Below, piece after piece: positions 55,314 through 63,031 of a stretch of 64,000 nt of DNA. Numbering within the stretch: position 1 is the stretch's first letter; the number at the start of each line of letters is the position of its first letter. The position numbers and the translations under genes were made by a program. The notes beneath the pieces were generated by a model that did no database searches, was not told the DNA's origin, and saw nothing but the letters and a program-made list of their open reading frames with translations. Location of the stretch: positions 1,425 through 65,424 of the forward strand of contig CAYFMI010000003.1 of NCBI GenBank assembly GCA_964344175.1. The letters are read 5' to 3'. This stretch comes from an uncultured Anaerolineales bacterium (lineage in GTDB: Bacteria; Chloroflexota; Anaerolineae; Anaerolineales; UBA11858).

Positions 55314-56873
55314 ATGATCCAAATTGACGGTAACACCCTCACCATTGCCGATGTCGTCGCCGTGGCGCGTCATGGAGCCAAGGTTGAAATCGCGCCCGAA
55401 GCCTACCAAAATATCACCCGCTCACGCGCCTGGGTCGAAAAAATCATCGCCGAAGAGAAGCCGGTCTACGGCATCAACACCGGCTTCGGGATCTTTTCCG
55501 ACCGCAAAATCTCTCGCAACGATGCCGCCAAACTCAGTCGCAATCTAATTTTGAGTCACGCCGTTGCCACCGGCCCCGACCTGCCCGAAGAAGTTGTACG
55601 AGCCGCCATGCTGATTCGCGCCAACACCCTCGCCAAAGGCTTTTCTGGGGTGCGCCCGGTGGTCATCGAGACGCTGCTGGCAATGCTCAACCAGGGGGTA
55701 ACGCCAATTATTCCCTCGCAAGGCTCTCTTGGCTCTTCGGGCGATTTGGCGCAACTCTCGCATTTAGCGCTGGTCTTCACCACCGACGAAGCCAACCTGA
55801 AAGCCAATTCGGGGTGGGCAACCTACGGCGGCCAGCGCATGCGCGGCAAGGCTGCCATGCTAAATGCCGGAATTGAGCGCATCATTCTGGGGGCAAAAGA
55901 AGGGCTGGCCGTCAATAACGGAGCCACCTTTTCTGCTGCCCTGGGGGCGCTAGCCTGCCACGATGCCGACGTGTTGCTGCAAACTGCTGATGTTGCCCTG
56001 GCAATGAGCCTGGAAGCAATGCTTGGAGTGAGTACGGCCTTCGACCCGCGCATTCATATCGCCCGTAACCATGCCGGGCAGATCGCAGTCGCCGAACGCG
56101 TCCGGCAACTTACCCGGGGCAGCACACTATTGGATGCCGAAGGCCGGGTGCAAGATGCCTACTCTCTGCGCTGCGCACCGCAAGTACAGGGGGCAGCCAT
56201 TGATGCACTGCGTTTCATTCAAGCGCGTATCGAGCGTGAGATCAACGCCGCCACCGATAATCCACTCTTATTTGGGCCGGGTGAAGCCCTCTCAGGCGGC
56301 AACTTCCATGGTGAACCCATCGGCATGGCAATGGATTTCTTGGGCATCGCCCTTACCGAAGTAGCCGGGATTTCAGAGCGGCGCACTTTCCGCCTAACGG
56401 ACGGCAAATTGAATGCCGGTCTGCCCCCCATGCTGGTGGATACACCCGATGCAGCGGGGCTGAATTCGGGGATGATGATGCCACAATATACGGCGGCATC
56501 GCTGGTTTTAGAAAATCAAACCCTGGCTTCACCAGATTCGGTCTACTCCTTGCCAACCTCTGCCGAACAGGAAGATCATAACGCCAATGCCATGACAGCG
56601 GCCCGCCACGCCCGCCAGATCCTCGAAAACACGGCCCATGTCCTGGCGGTGGAAATCTACACCGCCGCCCGCGCCCTGGATTTACGCCTGCGACAGATGC
56701 CTGATGGCAAGATGGGCGTCGGGGTTTCAGCTGCCCACACTAATGTGCGCGCCGCAATTCCCTATCAAGCCGGGGATGCCTGGTGGGGACCGGAAATCGA
56801 AACGCTTCATCAGGTCATCACCAATGGTGAACTTTTACAACATGTCGGGCATGCGATTGACGAGGCAGCATAA
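55314..56873 (+). CDS. hutH: Histidine ammonia-lyase (MIO-dependent aromatic amino-acid lyase family)
   Basis: 519 aa. YGINTGFG, LILSHA (the Ser-His pair typical of HAL), MIO tripeptide region GSLGSSGDLAQLSH, NGATFS, QDAYSLRC, DNPL, FHGEP. Confidence 0.85.
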   Translation: MIQIDGNTLTIADVVAVARHGAKVEIAPEAYQNITRSRAWVEKIIAEEKPVYGINTGFGIFSDRKISRNDAAKLSRNLILSHAVATGPDLPEEVVRAAMLIRANTLAKGFSGVRPVVIETLLAMLNQGVTPIIPSQGSLGSSGDLAQLSHLALVFTTDEANLKANSGWATYGGQRMRGKAAMLNAGIERIILGAKEGLAVNNGATFSAALGALACHDADVLLQTADVALAMSLEAMLGVSTAFDPRIHIARNHAGQIAVAERVRQLTRGSTLLDAEGRVQDAYSLRCAPQVQGAAIDALRFIQARIEREINAATDNPLLFGPGEALSGGNFHGEPIGMAMDFLGIALTEVAGISERRTFRLTDGKLNAGLPPMLVDTPDAAGLNSGMMMPQYTAASLVLENQTLASPDSVYSLPTSAEQEDHNANAMTAARHARQILENTAHVLAVEIYTAARALDLRLRQMPDGKMGVGVSAAHTNVRAAIPYQAGDAWWGPEIETLHQVITNGELLQHVGHAIDEAA

Positions 56874-56930
56874 ATATGATAAACTTCGTCGAAATTTAGC
56901 CGTTTCGCATCCCTAAGAGAGGTGTATAAC

Positions 56931-57320
56931 ATGGTTCTTTCAGATACAAAAGTTGAGGTGCTTTCCCTCACTCCTGCGGCGGCCGATGCAGTACGCGACT
57001 TGCTTGCCAAGCGCGAACTCGAAGGTTACGCTTTGCGCGTCTTCGTTCAGGGCGGCGGCTGCTCCGGTTTTCAGTACGGTATGGCACTGGAAAATAATTT
57101 CCGCGAACAAGATACAAAGACCAGCCAACACGGCGTTGACGTGGTTGTTGATGAGGTTTCGATTCAATACCTGCAAGGCGCGACTATTGATTATGTCGAA
57201 GATGTCATGGGGAGCGGGTTCAAGGTTGAGAATCCCAATGCCGTATCAGCCTGTGGTTGCGGCAGTTCCTTCCGCACGGAAGATGGCGGCGGCAGCGCAG
57301 GCGGCGGTTGCAGTTGCTAA
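56931..57320 (+). CDS. HesB/IscA/ErpA-family iron-sulfur cluster insertion protein with a Gly/Cys C-terminal tail
   Basis: MVLSDTKVEVLSLTPAAADAVRDL..., GGGCSGFQY, NPNAVSACGCGSSF. SD AGAGAGG lies before ATG 56931. Confidence 0.85.
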   Translation: MVLSDTKVEVLSLTPAAADAVRDLLAKRELEGYALRVFVQGGGCSGFQYGMALENNFREQDTKTSQHGVDVVVDEVSIQYLQGATIDYVEDVMGSGFKVENPNAVSACGCGSSFRTEDGGGSAGGGCSC

Positions 57321-57340
57321 TTAACAGCAGAGTTTAACCT

Positions 57341-57369
57341 AAAAAGGCCGGATGATCCGGCCTTTTTTT
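57341..57369. terminator. Intrinsic terminator (bidirectional form) between convergent genes
   Basis: AAAAAGGCCGGA-tga-TCCGGCCTTTTTTT. Confidence 0.85.
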
Positions 57370-57491
57370 ATACCATTTGTAGAGAGTATCCCCACCTGGA
57401 AATCCACAATTTCACGAGAACCCCTATTTTTAGAATATCTTTCATCGAACTACACATATCCTAAAACGAATGAACGTACTCGAATTCTTCA

Positions 57492-58136
57492 TCAGCGCTG
57501 GCGCAAGAACGACAACAAAAAACCAAACACGCCAAATACGGCTAATCCGATGATGACAAAGCCAATCGGCACACCGCCGGTGCCTGTCGAAGTGGTCTCA
57601 ACGGTGAATGTTGGAATGACCAACGGAGCCGGAGGCGTTAATGTGGGCATGCGCGTGGCCGCCGCCTGGACAACAAACTGAGATGCCAGGGTGGGGTCAA
57701 TAGTCGGGGTGACGCGCGGCGTTGGCGTTGGCGGCGGTTCGGCGATCGGTAAATCTCCACCGAGAATACGCACCAAAGGGGAATATACCCAGGCGACACC
57801 CTCATCCACACCGGGGTAGATAATCTGCACCCAATCGCCGGCAGCCGTCCTGCCCAGTGCAGGGACTTCCTGACGGTTCAGTAACACCCCCACGCGGGGG
57901 TAATCAGTTCCAGGCCCGGAGCGGACGTTAATTTGCTCCTCGGGATCTGAATAAACGACGGCAATTGGCCCGGTGGGAGTGCCGGTAACGGTCGGGATCG
58001 CAACCGTTGGCTGTTGAGCCTGCCCCCCACCTGGGCTTGCTGCATGACCCATCACCTGAATTACAGGGATCTGCATCAAGAGTAACATGACAAATGCTGC
58101 AACCCAGGCAGCTCGTTTAAGTCTTTTCAAGGCCAT
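57492..58136 (-). CDS. Bitopic SH3b-domain protein (N-terminal signal/anchor, Pro/Thr linkers, C-terminal TM)
   Basis: 214 aa. QINVRSGPGTDYPRVGVLLNRQEVPALGRTAAGDWVQIIY is SH3_3-like. C-terminal GFVIIGLAVFGVFGFLLSFL. Confidence 0.65.
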   Translation of the reverse strand: MALKRLKRAAWVAAFVMLLLMQIPVIQVMGHAASPGGGQAQQPTVAIPTVTGTPTGPIAVVYSDPEEQINVRSGPGTDYPRVGVLLNRQEVPALGRTAAGDWVQIIYPGVDEGVAWVYSPLVRILGGDLPIAEPPPTPTPRVTPTIDPTLASQFVVQAAATRMPTLTPPAPLVIPTFTVETTSTGTGGVPIGFVIIGLAVFGVFGFLLSFLRQR

Positions 58137-58370
58137 CCAACCTCCAAATGGGATGTAGAAATCAGCAACGCATATACCTTACTACCAGGTATCTATTCAG
58201 TCAAGTTCCGGGATTTCTGGGAATCTCCGTAGTGGGTATCCGTGCGTATACTCAGGTGACAAGTTACATTTGAAAGCTGCTGGCACAAATAAGGCAGAAG
58301 CTAGAAAATTCTTGATATAATTCCGAATAGTCAGCTTAATTGTTTTTATTGTCAGGAAACCCATAACCCT

Positions 58371-58955
58371 ATGAAAAAGAAGATCTTCCACGGAGATATT
58401 CAACCCGAGAACTTTGCCAAAGCTCTCATTGCGGAGTTTAACCACAGCAACTTACAGGCGCAGCGCGTTCAAACCCCAGATGGAATTATTGTTCAGATTT
58501 CTACCCGCGCGATGCGCGAATCGGGCGGAAATACGGGTATTACAGTCGCTATTGAGCGTGTGACGGATGGCGTCAGCATTCAAATTGGAGATCATTCGGT
58601 ATTTGGGGTTGCTGCCAGCCTGGGGACCACAGCCCTGGCCGCGCTGCGCAATCCGTTCAGCTTACTGGGGCGATTGGACGACATTGCTCAGGATATTGAA
58701 AGCCTGCAACTGGATGATCGGGTCTGGGTGGTTGTAGAACGCGTTGCCGTAGCAGCCGGAGCCTCGCTGCAACTCTCCGAGCGTTTGCGCCGCCTGGTAT
58801 GCGAATATTGCGATACAGCCAACCCTACCGGCGAACCAAGTTGCATTGCCTGTGGCGCGCCCTTAGGAGGGGTGCAGCCGCTTACTTGCCGGCATTGCGG
58901 CTTTGTTGTTCGGCGCAGCGAGGTAATTTGTCCGGATTGTAAAAAACCGCTGTGA
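58371..58955 (+). CDS. Hypothetical protein with C-terminal double zinc ribbon
   Basis: 194 aa. ...CEYCDTANPTGEPSCIACGAPLGGVQPLTCRHCGFVVRRSEVICPDCKKPL carries four CxxC pairs. Confidence 0.55.
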   Translation: MKKKIFHGDIQPENFAKALIAEFNHSNLQAQRVQTPDGIIVQISTRAMRESGGNTGITVAIERVTDGVSIQIGDHSVFGVAASLGTTALAALRNPFSLLGRLDDIAQDIESLQLDDRVWVVVERVAVAAGASLQLSERLRRLVCEYCDTANPTGEPSCIACGAPLGGVQPLTCRHCGFVVRRSEVICPDCKKPL

Positions 58956-59007
58956 CCAAATGAAGATCCCCGCCGCATGCGGCACAACATGCCGGCTTTT
59001 CCCGCAT

Positions 59008-59050
59008 AAAAAGAGATGAGCGACTAACACACACCAGCTCATCTCTTTTC
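59008..59050. terminator. Intrinsic terminator hairpin between convergent genes
   Basis: AAAAAGAGATGAGC-(15-nt loop)-GCTCATCTCTTTT. Confidence 0.65.
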
Positions 59051-59068
59051 GCTAAAGACAACGACAAC

Positions 59069-59764
59069 TTAAGGTTCCAGCAACAAAGACAACGTCGCCT
59101 GAACGGGTGTCAACAACGAGGTTTCATCGGGTTCGGAGGGGGGTGCAAAGGGCATGCGTTTTTGACCATTTGCCCGCGATGCCAAACGTTCGACCAGGCG
59201 CTCTAAATGTGGAACAGCCTCCACAAAACCCACCCGGCCTAAGAAGTGAATCGCCTGTTTGCGCAGAGGTACGGCTACCCGACGATCGGCAGCCAACTCT
59301 GTGAGAATTGTCCCGGCATGAGAGCATAACCGGAAGATCGCGGCAACATGCGACTCGACCGATGGCTCCATATCTGCCACTTCAAGGGTCGCCAAAATGG
59401 TTCCCCGGCCCATCACCACACAATGTGCCTTGAGTTGCTGTCTGACATTTTTCAGGGGCTGTTCTCCCTCTTCCGGAGTTAATACTTCCCCCAAAGTTTC
59501 GATCACGCGCTGCCTGAATCTCAAATCTGGATCAATCAAACGAGTTGCCAGAACATAGGCCACAAGTGGAGAAATTTGAGGCGCGTTCAAGGCATTCAAT
59601 TGATCTAAGCTTTCATGGCGGATGTTAACCTCCGGAGAAACGACTCCCTCTAACGCCTGCCATACGGATGGAAATAACTCGGCAGTTCCGGAAATTGAGT
59701 CTGAAAATTCTAAAAATGTTAACTGGGGAAAATGCATCTCTGGCATGAAATCAGTATACCTCAC
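59069..59764 (-). CDS. Hypothetical HEAT/armadillo-like helical repeat protein
   Basis: 231 aa, all-helical. Repeated ...R..A...LG... units (RQRVIETLGEV, RKQAIHFLGRVG). The start is uncertain among M1/M7/M10. Confidence 0.5.
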   Translation of the reverse strand: MRYTDFMPEMHFPQLTFLEFSDSISGTAELFPSVWQALEGVVSPEVNIRHESLDQLNALNAPQISPLVAYVLATRLIDPDLRFRQRVIETLGEVLTPEEGEQPLKNVRQQLKAHCVVMGRGTILATLEVADMEPSVESHVAAIFRLCSHAGTILTELAADRRVAVPLRKQAIHFLGRVGFVEAVPHLERLVERLASRANGQKRMPFAPPSEPDETSLLTPVQATLSLLLEP

Positions 59765-59924
59765 ATCGCATCATTCTGCGAAGGGTTTCGAGAGTGTCTT
59801 CGAAAATCTCTCGGTCGGTCACGCATCGGTGAGGCATGTAGGTGCAGATTATCGAAATTTTAATTAGGACAACTATTTGCTATAATCATTTCGAAACCAA
59901 AGCCCCAAATTCATGGAGGACGTC

Positions 59925-61640
59925 ATGCAGCGTATTCGCGCACATCTAAGAACCGCAGTTTTCCTTTTAGCCCTCATCACCATTCTCGCCGGAACTCTTG
60001 TTCCCGCACCAATCGCCATTGCCACCGATGAAGCCCCCCCTGGCGAAGGAGGCAATATCATCGGGCCAGGGCTATCCAGTTTCCCGCCGGGGTACAACCC
60101 TCTCACAGGGCTGCCCGTCACCGACCCCGCAAATTTAGAACTTCCCGCAGTGTTGACCTCCATCACCAACTTCCCGGTATCGGCACGCCCACAAGCGGGG
60201 ACATCCTTCGCACCCTACATCTTCGAACTGTATATCAGCAACGGGATGACGCGTTTCTTGTCTCTGTTCTACGGCGACTATCCAGAAATTGAAATCCCGG
60301 TCAGTGGGGATTGCCCAATCCGTGAAGAACCCTTTGTAGCCTCTGGGCTTATTCTGGGAAACTATGTCTGGCATGACGAAAATGGAGATGGGCTGCAGAA
60401 CTTTGACGAGGGGCCTGTTTCCGGTGTGTGTGTGAACCTATACAACGCTGAAACCGATGAGTTGCTCGAAAGCACCAGCACCGACTCAAACGGCTACTAC
60501 GGCTTCAACATCCAGGCTGAACAGCCCTACTACTTAAAGTTCGTCCAGCCCACCGGCATGACCTTCACGCAACAAGACCTTGGCGACGACGATTTTGCCG
60601 ACAGCGACGCAGATCCCGATACGGGCCTTACGCCACCCATCAATGTAACCGGACATGCTTTTGGCTGGGATGTGGGCTTCATTGGGGAGGGGAATCCGGC
60701 AGATTTGGATGGAGGCGAGGGAGGGGCTAATAATGGCAGCGGCGATAGCTCTGGAGAAAACCAGAGTGACACCACCACAAGCAGCAGCGAAGAAATTACC
60801 ACAACGAATTCAGATTTCACCAACCCCGGCACCTGGGTTGGCAACTGGATCGAAGATCTGGTCATCGGCCCGGTGCGTTCGGGACGCTTGCCTTACAAAT
60901 GGATCCGCAATTGGTTTTCGTGGAGCTGCCTGATCTATGCCGGCAAATCCGAAGAGGTGGATATTCCCGGCTGCGCATCGGTGTTTGGCTCCGATGAAAG
61001 CGACATCAATAGCGCCTTTCTGTCGGTAACCCGCCTGAAAGAGATTGCCGAGCAAAGCAAAGCGCCCGGCCAGCCAATTGATTATTCGGGCAATACCTAT
61101 CACGACCTGGCCCCATCCAGCGGTCAATATGATGGGCCGCTCTCTCAGGGTCTAAGCGCAAGCGGCGATGCTAATGAAGTGCTTATGTTCTACAACTTCT
61201 ACAACCAGGCCTTGTGGCGCTTCGATCCGCTCTCAGGGGGCTACCTGCGCTACACCGACCTGGCCGACGGCTCGGGCATGTTCTACTCGGCAACCGACCG
61301 TCTCAATGGGCGTCAACTCATCTTCCATAATGTGATCGTACTTTTCGCCCAACACAACGCTCTCACCCCCACCATCATCGACATCAACCTGGAATACACC
61401 GAAGGGCCTGCCATACTGTTTCGGGATGGCAAAGCCTACAAAATCGCCTGGCGTACCTTTGGCAGCGACCCAGAAACAGGACGGCAGCAGCCAATCCGGT
61501 TCGTCGATGAAAACGGCAACCCGGTTCCACTACACCCCGGCCAAACCTGGGTACACATGGTCACCTACACCAGCCAGGCCTGGGAACAATCCCCAGGGAA
61601 ATGGAAGGTGCGCTTTTACGCGCCGCCCGGAACGGAATAG
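59925..61640 (+). CDS. DUF3048-family secreted/anchored protein with an inserted SdrD-B/Cna-B-like domain and an acidic low-complexity segment
   Basis: Signal/anchor AVFLLALITILAGTLV. DUF3048 N-motif TSITNFPVSARPQAGTSFAPYIFELYISNGMTRFLSLFYGD. Insert NYVWHDENGDGLQNFDEGPVSGVCVNLYNAETDELLESTSTDSNGYYGF. GGAGGA lies before ATG 59925. An extended -10 TGcTATAAT is at 59878-59886. Confidence 0.7.
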   Translation: MQRIRAHLRTAVFLLALITILAGTLVPAPIAIATDEAPPGEGGNIIGPGLSSFPPGYNPLTGLPVTDPANLELPAVLTSITNFPVSARPQAGTSFAPYIFELYISNGMTRFLSLFYGDYPEIEIPVSGDCPIREEPFVASGLILGNYVWHDENGDGLQNFDEGPVSGVCVNLYNAETDELLESTSTDSNGYYGFNIQAEQPYYLKFVQPTGMTFTQQDLGDDDFADSDADPDTGLTPPINVTGHAFGWDVGFIGEGNPADLDGGEGGANNGSGDSSGENQSDTTTSSSEEITTTNSDFTNPGTWVGNWIEDLVIGPVRSGRLPYKWIRNWFSWSCLIYAGKSEEVDIPGCASVFGSDESDINSAFLSVTRLKEIAEQSKAPGQPIDYSGNTYHDLAPSSGQYDGPLSQGLSASGDANEVLMFYNFYNQALWRFDPLSGGYLRYTDLADGSGMFYSATDRLNGRQLIFHNVIVLFAQHNALTPTIIDINLEYTEGPAILFRDGKAYKIAWRTFGSDPETGRQQPIRFVDENGNPVPLHPGQTWVHMVTYTSQAWEQSPGKWKVRFYAPPGTE

Positions 61641-61674
61641 ATAGCCATCTCAAGCCTTTATCAGAGATAATGCT

Positions 61675-62610
61675 GTGAAGAAAAATCCACACGAGATCGT
61701 TCTCCCGCCAGCGTTTCGGCAGCAAATTGTTAACACCTTTCACAAACCAGGGCAAGATTGGTTAGCACAATTACCAGGTACGCTCGAAAAATTCTGCCAA
61801 CGCTGGCGGTTGACTTTGTTACCGCCGTTCGAACAGCTTTCCTATAATTTCGTCGTGCCAGTTCGACTTGAAGATGGCCGCGAAGCCGTTTTAAAACTAG
61901 GCATTCCCAATCCTGAATTGGTCTCAGAAATCGAGGCGCTGCGCATCTATGCCGGGCATGGGGTGGCGCGCCTACTCGAAGCGGATGCTGCCGAGGGAGC
62001 ATTGCTGATCGAACGCTTGCAACCCGGCCAGGCAGTCAGCATGCTGGACGATGAACAATCTACCTGCATTGCCGCCCAGATCATGCAGCAGTTCTGTCGC
62101 CCCGTACCAAGCAAGCACAACCTCCGCAGTGTAGAGCAGTGGGCTTTGGGAATCACCCGCCTGCGCAAACAGCACCCCAACGGCAATTCTTCCATTCCAT
62201 CCCATCTTATCGATAAAGCTGAGAGTCTATTTTCTGAGCTGATCGCTTCTGCGAGTCCGCTGGTGGTTTTGCACGGCGATCTGCATCATTGGAATATCCT
62301 CAGCGCGCAGCGGCAGTCCTGGTTGGCAATTGATCCCAAAGGCGTGGTCGGTGAACCGGCCTTCGAAATCGCCGCCTGGATGCACAACCCCATGCCCTGG
62401 TTGCTGGAACACCCCTCCCCCAGGCGCGTCCTTGCCCGACGTTTGGATCAATTCCGCGAGATCTTACAAATCGACCGGCAACGCCTGTGGGGGTGGAGTC
62501 TGGCGCAGACGGTCCTTTCCGCCTGCTGGTGTCTCGAAGATAAGGCCGGGTGTTCCGACGAGATGATCGCGGTGGCGCTATTGCTCGATCCATTGGAGAC
62601 ACAGTCCTGA
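61675..62610 (+). CDS. Aminoglycoside/streptomycin 6-kinase-like phosphotransferase (APH(6)/StrB-like protein-kinase fold)
   Basis: 311 aa, GTG start. Catalytic loop VLHGDLHHWNIL and AIDPKGVVGEPAFEIA. Confidence 0.7.
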   Translation: MKKNPHEIVLPPAFRQQIVNTFHKPGQDWLAQLPGTLEKFCQRWRLTLLPPFEQLSYNFVVPVRLEDGREAVLKLGIPNPELVSEIEALRIYAGHGVARLLEADAAEGALLIERLQPGQAVSMLDDEQSTCIAAQIMQQFCRPVPSKHNLRSVEQWALGITRLRKQHPNGNSSIPSHLIDKAESLFSELIASASPLVVLHGDLHHWNILSAQRQSWLAIDPKGVVGEPAFEIAAWMHNPMPWLLEHPSPRRVLARRLDQFREILQIDRQRLWGWSLAQTVLSACWCLEDKAGCSDEMIAVALLLDPLETQS

Positions 62611-62680
62611 AACCGGGCGAGTGAATTTGCGTATACTGATCTTAGACCCTCTCGTTGTTTCACAGCAAAGGAGCTGAGAG

Positions 62681-62959
62681 ATGAATGGAGAAACAAAAAC
62701 CCGCACCGAAGAGTTTCAGATTTCCGGCGATAAGCTGGTCAGCAAAATCAAGGAGGTCTTACACAAAGGCAATATCCGCCGTATCGCCATAAAAAATGAG
62801 GACGGGCGTGTACTGATTGACGTCCCCCTGTATTTGGGTGTTGTGGGGGCATTATTGGCCCCACAATTGGCCGCGATCGGCGCGATTGCCGCCCTGGTCA
62901 CTAAGTGTACTTTGATCGTCGAGAGAGTTGATGAGCCAACCGAAAACCCAGAAGCCTAA
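62681..62959 (+). CDS. DUF4342-domain protein
   Basis: 92 aa, SD AAGGAG. EEFQISGDKLVSKIKEVLHKGNIRRIAIKNEDGRVLIDVPL...GAIAALVTKCTLIVER. Confidence 0.7.
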   Translation: MNGETKTRTEEFQISGDKLVSKIKEVLHKGNIRRIAIKNEDGRVLIDVPLYLGVVGALLAPQLAAIGAIAALVTKCTLIVERVDEPTENPEA

Positions 62960-62982
62960 ACAAGCCCAGCGCATTCGAAACT

Positions 62983-63028
62983 AAAACAGATGAGCCGCAA
63001 AATAATTGTTGCGGCTCATCTGTTTTTT
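62983..63028. terminator. Bidirectional intrinsic terminator (perfect 18-bp stem, 8-nt loop)
   Basis: AAAACAGATGAGCCGCAA-aataattg-TTGCGGCTCATCTGTTTTTT, between convergent genes. Confidence 0.85.
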
Positions 63029-63031
63029 CCT

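Noticed and set aside
61675-62610. APH(6)-like gene as evidence of a horizontally acquired resistance island
   Set aside because: No flanking mobile-element genes, repeats or obvious compositional discontinuity. The neighbours are ordinary chromosomal genes.
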